A stretch of DNA of 64,000 bases from Candidatus Latescibacterota bacterium. Its GTDB lineage: Bacteria > Latescibacterota > UBA2968 > GCA-2709665. Positions within the stretch are counted from its first letter, which is position 1; every line of letters begins with the position of its first letter. This document shows positions 58,396 to 64,000 of this stretch, piece by piece. Under the pieces are notes generated by a model. It did no database searches, had not been told where the DNA came from, and saw only the letters and a program-made list of their open reading frames with translations. Both the position numbers and the translations under genes were made by a program. The stretch spans positions 3,552,001 through 3,616,000 of the forward strand of contig CBDCOX010000002.1 in assembly GCA_965219995.1 (NCBI GenBank), in the 5' to 3' direction.

Positions 58396-60132
58396 TCATT
58401 CCTCCGCCGGGCGCATGTCCTCCAGAACAAGTTGCACCTGCGTCCGGCCGTTCCAGGTGTTGGCCTCCAGGGCGCAGGCCACGTCCACGCGATCGCCCCT
58501 TTGAAGCCGACCCGCCAATTCGCCCTGCCCCCACCAGACCGCGTCGTAGTTCCGCCGGCCCGTTCGCGGTGCGCCGCCGCCGTCCACGGACGTTTCGGTG
58601 TCCAGGTTCATTTTGAGGTGCGCCCCTTTCCCGACCGCAATGGCACGATCGATCGTACAGTTCCGCACCATAAACAGCGGCGCTTCGTTACCCGCGCCGA
58701 ATGGCGCCAGGGCAGACAGCGCCGAGACCGTGTCCAGCGAGATCTCACCGGACCGCAGCGCCGCATCCAGCTCCAGCCGGGTTCTCAGGTCCTCATCCGA
58801 AATCCGCTCCGCCGCATCGGCCTCCAGTCTGGCCTTGAAAGGGTCGAAATTCTCGAGGTTGCCCGTAAAGCCGGCCGCATCGGCATGCCCGCCGTACTCG
58901 GTCAGCAGGTCCGCGCAGCGGAAAATCGCCTCCGCTATATTGTAGCCCGCCACCGATCTCGCCGAACCCGTAAAACTCCCATCCCCGCGAACTTCTGTAC
59001 AGGCGATGCCAGGCTTTCCGTAACGCTCTGCCAGGCGACCCGCGATCAACCCAACCACGCCCAGGTGCCATTTGTCGCCTTTCGCAACCAGAATGCGGTG
59101 GTGCGCGTCCAGCGACATGGATTCCACCTGCTCCTCGGCCTGTTTTACGCCCTCGAGCTCGAGCTCGCGCCGCTTCCGGTTGAGCCCGTTCAACCGCTCC
59201 GCCAATCGGGCGGCCTCGCCTGCCTCGGACGTACGCAAGAGGTCCAGCGCCAGGTCCGCCGAGGCCAGCCGTCCGGCGCTGTTGATGCGCGGCCCCAGGA
59301 AGAATCCGATCGCCGTCGTGTCCACGGGACGGGTATCGGCGCCGGCTACGGCTTTCAGGGCCTGAAGTCCGGGACGCTGCGTACGATCCAGAATCTGCAT
59401 TCCTCGTCGAGTCAACAACCGGTTCTCACCCAACATCGGCGCGATATCCGCCACCGTTCCCAGGGCAACCAGGTCCAGCAGCGAATTCAGATACGCCCTC
59501 CGCTCCGTTGCGTCGATGAGTGAATCCGAAAGGGCCTGCACGGCCTTGAACGCCACGCCGACGGCCGCGAGCCCCTTGAACGCGTAGTCGCAATCCGGGC
59601 GGTTCGGATTGACCACCGCGTAAGCATCGGGCATCCGTCCCTGGGGCTGGTGATGATCGGTTACCAGCACGTCGACGCCGGCCGCGTTCGCCGCTTCGAC
59701 CGCCTCGAACGAGGAAATGCCGTTGTCCGCCGTCACGATCAGACGCGCGCCCGCTTCGATCGCGCGCTGAACGCCGGGCGGTTTCATCCCGTATCCGTCC
59801 CGGTGGCGGTCCGGCAGGATGGACGTGACGTCCGCTCCGGCCCGCTCCAGAAAATCCATGAACACGGCCGTGCTCGTCACCCCGTCCACGTCGTAATCGC
59901 CGAACACGACGATCTGCTCGCCCGCGCGAACCGCTTTCACAATGCGGTCCGTCAACCGGTCCATGTCCTTCATGGAATACGGGTCCTGAAGTACTCCGGG
60001 GGAATCCGCGATATCGCCGGCAGTCAGTCCGCGATTGGCAAGCACGACGTCAACGAGCGGCTCGGCCGATCCGCCCGCTATGGAGTCGGAATCCCGATTG
60101 TGCCTCAGCGTCCAGATCGGGTATTTCTGCAT
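58396..60132 (-). CDS. recJ: Single-stranded-DNA-specific exonuclease RecJ
   Basis: GDYDVDG, TADNG, TDHH, LGTVAD, PRINSAGRL, GSARS, GGHADAAG, PFGAGN. Confidence 0.96.
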   Translation of the reverse strand: MQKYPIWTLRHNRDSDSIAGGSAEPLVDVVLANRGLTAGDIADSPGVLQDPYSMKDMDRLTDRIVKAVRAGEQIVVFGDYDVDGVTSTAVFMDFLERAGADVTSILPDRHRDGYGMKPPGVQRAIEAGARLIVTADNGISSFEAVEAANAAGVDVLVTDHHQPQGRMPDAYAVVNPNRPDCDYAFKGLAAVGVAFKAVQALSDSLIDATERRAYLNSLLDLVALGTVADIAPMLGENRLLTRRGMQILDRTQRPGLQALKAVAGADTRPVDTTAIGFFLGPRINSAGRLASADLALDLLRTSEAGEAARLAERLNGLNRKRRELELEGVKQAEEQVESMSLDAHHRILVAKGDKWHLGVVGLIAGRLAERYGKPGIACTEVRGDGSFTGSARSVAGYNIAEAIFRCADLLTEYGGHADAAGFTGNLENFDPFKARLEADAAERISDEDLRTRLELDAALRSGEISLDTVSALSALAPFGAGNEAPLFMVRNCTIDRAIAVGKGAHLKMNLDTETSVDGGGAPRTGRRNYDAVWWGQGELAGRLQRGDRVDVACALEANTWNGRTQVQLVLEDMRPAEE

Positions 60133-60219
60133 CGATGCCTCAAGATTGAGTTGGTTTCCCCGTCAAAGCGTCGATTAATATATCATGAGTCCCGTCGCCA
60201 GACAAAATACATCTGGGGA

Positions 60220-60845
60220 TAGCGATCAGCGATCAGCCATCAGCAGTCAGCTTGAAGCAAAAACCAAACCACTCGACGTCAGCGTCGTTACAGGACAGCC
60301 ACAGACAGAATGCAGACCTCTCCCCCCTGCCTGCCGAAAAACCACCGACAGGCAGGGACCCTTTCCTATAGGAAAGGGAAACAATCACCACGCGATAGAA
60401 TCCCGCTCTCCCCCTTCCTTCAGGAAGGGGGCCAGGGGGTAGGTCTCGTAAAGGCGGGGAGACGGAAGAGGGGAGACGTGAGATGATACCAGTGCCCTAT
60501 GGTTTTTCCAGTCGTTACGATAACGGTAAATTAGCAGGCACGGTATATGTGGAAACACTGCTGCAAATGTCTTCATCTACCGACTACCGTCTCACGTCTC
60601 ACCGATTTTATCGCCCGGTGCGGATTCATTTCGTGCCGCAGGCATAAGGATCGAACCAATCGGGCAAGGATGTCATCTACCGTCTAACGTCTCCCGTCTC
60701 ACCGATTTTATCGCCCGTAGCGGTTTCATTTCTCGCCGGAGGCATAAGGGTAGAGCCAATCGGGCGAGGATGTCATCTACCGTCTAACGTCTTGCGTCTC
60801 CCGTCTCACCGCTTTGTTCTACCGTCTAACATCTCCCGTCTTACC
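60220..60845. repeat. Composite repeat region, inverted homolog of 43139-43776
   Basis: tcagc heptamers (60221-60256), hairpin module (60312-60445) and three heptamer-MITE units (60446-60845). Confidence 0.75.
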
Positions 60846-60963
60846 TCTTTCGTCTCTTTGCCTCCATCTGCGAAATTTATTTGTTGGCGCATCGGGCGAA
60901 TGCCGTATATTTCTCCCCGGATACCTGACCTGAAGTCAACCCGAAATCCATACGGTTCACGGT

Positions 60964-61335
60964 TTGCCCAGAATCCTGCTCGCGGAAGACGGCCCGACCG
61001 CCATGGCCCTCGCCGGGGGACTGTTCGATCACCGGAACGTCGAACTGGACGTGGTCACAGACGGCCGCGGCGCTCTGGAGACCCTCGCCGCGAATCCGAA
61101 GGGATACGCACTCGTCATTCTTGCATACGACCTGCCGGAAATCAGCGGGGTTGATTGCGTTCGTTTCATTCGCAAGATGTTTGCCCGTCTGCCCGTGATG
61201 GTACTTATGGACACTCCGGATCAGGAGCGCGTGAATGAACTTGCGGGTCTGGGCATTTCACGCGGCCATATCCTGGAAAAACCGGCGACACCCGAGTCCC
61301 TGGCCGTCCAGGTCGGAAATTTGATCCGGCTCTGA
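60964..61335 (+). CDS. Single-domain response regulator receiver (atypical)
   Basis: RILLAED...DGRGAL...LVILAYDLPEISG...PVMVL...LEKP; TTG start. Confidence 0.75.
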   Translation: MPRILLAEDGPTAMALAGGLFDHRNVELDVVTDGRGALETLAANPKGYALVILAYDLPEISGVDCVRFIRKMFARLPVMVLMDTPDQERVNELAGLGISRGHILEKPATPESLAVQVGNLIRL

Positions 61336-61422
61336 AGCGCGGTCGTTTTTTGAAACAAAATGCACCCTTGAGAATCATATATTCACGAAAACGCTATTCC
61401 GCGCAAGAACAAAGGAGCATTC

Positions 61423-61818
61423 ATGTCGCGACATTTTGAAACCGTAAAGGCCTATCTTCAGGACCTCGAACTGGCCATTGAAGAAGAAGATTCGGATGAG
61501 GAACTGGTGGTTGTTTCCGACGAAGACCGCGGGATCCACCAGCTCATCGTCGACTGCGAAGATCCCATCCTCATTCTGGAACAGGCCATCATGCCGATCC
61601 CCAATAACCCCGGCGACCTCTACAGGCGCCTGCTGGAAATTAACCGGACGCTTATCCACGGCGCTTTCGCGCTGGACGAGGAGACCGGAACCATTTTGTT
61701 CCGCGACACCCTTCGCCTGGATACGCTGGACAGGGCGGAAATCGAGGGCGCCGTTAACGCCCTGGGCTTTGCACTGGGCGAAAACGCAGAAGAACTGTTG
61801 AGTTACAGCAGACAATAA
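61423..61818 (+). CDS. CesT/Tir-chaperone/YbjN-like protein
   Basis: Small acidic protein with LYRRLLEINRTLIHGAFALDE; AAGGAG RBS; sits upstream of pspA. Confidence 0.75.
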   Translation: MSRHFETVKAYLQDLELAIEEEDSDEELVVVSDEDRGIHQLIVDCEDPILILEQAIMPIPNNPGDLYRRLLEINRTLIHGAFALDEETGTILFRDTLRLDTLDRAEIEGAVNALGFALGENAEELLSYSRQ

Positions 61819-61905
61819 TCAAAGCAGGGGTCGGAGCCCCGGAAATCAAGCCGTTGCTTGTCCCGATCTCCGGACATCGAATCCCGCATCAAATAGGAGC
61901 ATGCC

Positions 61906-62607
61906 ATGGGCGTCTTTCAACGAATCTTTCGCGTGGGCCAGGCCGAAGTACACGCAGCCATCGACAAACTCGAAGATCCGATCCGCCTGACGGAACAGGG
62001 AATCCGGGACCTCAAGAAAGATCTGAGCAACGCGATGACCAGCCTCGCCGAGGTCAAGGGGCAGGGCATCCGGCTGCGCAAACAGGCATCCGACAGCAAG
62101 AAGGCGGCGGAGGACTACGAACGCAAAGCCATGGCACTGCTTCAGCGGGCCCAGAAGAACGACATTGACCCCGCTGAGGCAGACCGATTGGCGGGCGAAG
62201 CGCTGGCGCGCAAGGAGGAAAACGTGAGCCGGGCGGCCACCTTGAGCCAGAACGCCCAACAGCAGGAGGAAATGGCCGCGCAGCTGCAGACCCAGGTGGA
62301 CAAACTCAAATCTTCCATTGCCGGTTACGAGAACGACCTGGTAACGCTGCGCGCCCGGGCCCGGACGGCCGCGGCAACGAAGAAGATCAACAAGCAACTC
62401 GCGAAAGTGGACTCTAACGGCACGCTTGCCATGCTCGAACGCATGAAGGAGCGGGTGGAAGAAGACGAGTCCCTGTCGCAGGCCTACGGCGAAGTGGCCG
62501 ACGCGTCCAAGAGCGTGGACGAAGAGATCGACGCCGCGCTCCAGGAAAAGAGCCCTGGCGCGGACAAACTGGCCGAACTCAAGAGCAAGATGGGAATTCA
62601 GGCGTAG
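61906..62607 (+). CDS. pspA: PspA/IM30 family protein
   Basis: MGVFQRIF...AIDKLEDP...EQGIRDL; coiled coil; LERMKERV; LAELKSKMG. Confidence 0.92.
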   Translation: MGVFQRIFRVGQAEVHAAIDKLEDPIRLTEQGIRDLKKDLSNAMTSLAEVKGQGIRLRKQASDSKKAAEDYERKAMALLQRAQKNDIDPAEADRLAGEALARKEENVSRAATLSQNAQQQEEMAAQLQTQVDKLKSSIAGYENDLVTLRARARTAAATKKINKQLAKVDSNGTLAMLERMKERVEEDESLSQAYGEVADASKSVDEEIDAALQEKSPGADKLAELKSKMGIQA

Positions 62608-62655
62608 GTTCGCAGCTTGGAGCAAGGGTTCCCGGCGGCGGCCGGAGGCGTTTTC

Positions 62656-63189
62656 GTGAACTGGAATCCCTTTAAGAAAAAGAAGGACGATTCCGACCCT
62701 GTGGTCGACTTCACGCTGTCCGACCTCAAGCCGGGTTACGTGGTCGACTACGACCTCAAAACCTGGAAGGTTACGGCGAAGAACCACTACGATTTCGATG
62801 GTGACCGCGTCGATGAATGGGAATTGACATGCGCCGATGACGTCATGTACCTTGAACGTGAGGAGGATGACGGCCTCAGCTGGACCGTTTCACGCAAGAT
62901 CCCGATCTCCAGGGTCGACGGCGACCCGAGGTCCCACGTCGTGGAACACGAAGACCCGCCCGAGGAAGTAACGTGCGACGGGGTCGCCTACTATGCGGAA
63001 TCATCCGATGCGGGTGAATTCTACAAGGACGGCGAAGGAACGCCGCGGGAACTGATTACCTGGGAATACCTGGACGATTCCGAGCGGAAGACGCTGACGA
63101 TCGAACAGTGGGGCGAGGACGACTTCGAAGTCTCGGTCGGCGAAATCGTCGAAGAATACCAGTTCTCGGACATTCTGCCAACCGGGTAG
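62656..63189 (+). CDS. DUF4178-like protein
   Basis: GGAGG then GTG 62656; acidic protein with LKPG..V.Y...W.V, EWEL, LTIEQWG; typical pspA neighbour. Confidence 0.7.
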   Translation: MNWNPFKKKKDDSDPVVDFTLSDLKPGYVVDYDLKTWKVTAKNHYDFDGDRVDEWELTCADDVMYLEREEDDGLSWTVSRKIPISRVDGDPRSHVVEHEDPPEEVTCDGVAYYAESSDAGEFYKDGEGTPRELITWEYLDDSERKTLTIEQWGEDDFEVSVGEIVEEYQFSDILPTG

Positions 63190-63205
63190 ACGATTGCGGA
63201 ATTGA

Positions 63206-63241
63206 AAACAGGCGGGACGACAGTTGTCGTCCCGCCTGTTT
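63206..63241. terminator. Bidirectional terminator hairpin
   Basis: 17-bp perfect IR aaacaggcgggacgaca / tgtcgtcccgcctgttt between convergent genes. Confidence 0.8.
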
Positions 63242-63258
63242 CATTTCCAATTTTCCGT

Positions 63259-63930
63259 CTACACCAGAAACTGCAATTTACTCTCCTGGCCGGCGCGAAT
63301 TTTCGCGCAGTGATCCTCGAGGTTCAGCATCTCGATGAGACTCACGCCGTTTTTCATTTCAGCAAGCAGCCGCGCCTCCTTCCTCTGCACCTCTTCCGCA
63401 ATCGGAATGACTTCCGCAATCTCTTCCTCAGCAGCGACAATCAACCCGTCGTCGTCTCCGAAGACGATCTCGCCCGGATGAACGCGCACGCCGCCGCACG
63501 TCACGGGAACCTGCGTCTCGAAGAGCCTGTCCGTGGCGCCGGCAACCGGAGTGACCGACCGTGCGAAATAGGGAACGCCCAGCCGGCGGATCGCGGCCGT
63601 GTCCCTGCACGGTCCGTCGTTGACGATCCCGCCCAGCCCTTTTCGCCGCGCCTCGGTCGGAAACAGTTCCCCGGTCAGTGCCTTCCTGCTCCCCTGGGAG
63701 TCGATCACCAGGACTTCCCCCGGCAGCGCATCGTGCAGGGCTACGATGACGGTCAGGAAGTCCTCGTGGCAGGTGACCGTATGCGCGCGTCCGATCAGCC
63801 TGAGGCCGGGCGTGATGGACCGGACAGCGGGATCGATGGCCCTGACCGGCTTGTCGAGCGCTTTATACCCATCGCAGACACACGCCGTGTCCAGCCGGGA
63901 AAGGCGGCGTTTGATCTCGTCGAAATCCAT
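63259..63930 (-). CDS. RraA/HMG aldolase family protein
   Basis: DTACVCD, GRAHTV, PGEVLVID, GIVNDGPCRD, VHPGEIVFGDDDG. Confidence 0.9.
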   Translation of the reverse strand: MDFDEIKRRLSRLDTACVCDGYKALDKPVRAIDPAVRSITPGLRLIGRAHTVTCHEDFLTVIVALHDALPGEVLVIDSQGSRKALTGELFPTEARRKGLGGIVNDGPCRDTAAIRRLGVPYFARSVTPVAGATDRLFETQVPVTCGGVRVHPGEIVFGDDDGLIVAAEEEIAEVIPIAEEVQRKEARLLAEMKNGVSLIEMLNLEDHCAKIRAGQESKLQFLV

Positions 63931-63940
63931 TGGATGAACC

Positions 63941-63980
63941 CCTAAAGGCGGTGAGACGTGAGAGGGTAGACGGTAGAGGA
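63941..63980. repeat. Arm of a heptamer-MITE
   Basis: cctaaaggcggtgagacgtgagagggtagacggtagag matches the arms at 41831, 43140 and 60449. Confidence 0.65.
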
Positions 63981-64000
63981 CACCTCCGCGACCCCCGGTT

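Overview
GC-rich bacterial window. The dockerin-like DFDxNGxVDFxDFxxFxxxFG tags suggest a Latescibacterota-like lineage, but this is inference. From 362 to 53539 every credible gene is on the + strand. The run opens with an orphan family-5 solute-binding protein and a 1619-aa Ser/Thr kinase-STAND ATPase-TPR-GAF-sigma54 activator fusion. Next come a candidate sigma54 promoter (UAS palindromes, IHF-like site, -24/-12) and an intact IS630. These are followed by a ~44-kb cluster of exported paralog families: 7 TPR-GWxTD proteins (4 with an apparent embedded pilin-head-like domain), 5 tandem dockerin-like/FGE-sulfatase (C-type-lectin fold) proteins lacking the catalytic cysteines, and 8 Kelch-type beta-propeller lipoproteins. 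The cluster also holds an FN3-tailed secreted protein, an XRE regulator and a terminal TlpA thioredoxin. All three paralog families show conserved scaffolds with variable loops, the FGE and Kelch arrays show mosaic exchange, and the intergenic spaces are dense in REP/MITE-like repeats. The last ~10 kb is more ordinary: VOC protein, HpcH aldolase, two Gfo/Idh/MocA oxidoreductases, recJ, a pseudo-receiver, a CesT-like/PspA/DUF4178 module and an RraA-family protein. No rRNA, tRNA, CRISPR array or reverse transcriptase was seen. The best candidate for an undescribed system is the cluster itself: a possibly sigma54-controlled, diversified cell-surface repertoire of GWxTD, Kelch and dockerin-CLec proteins.
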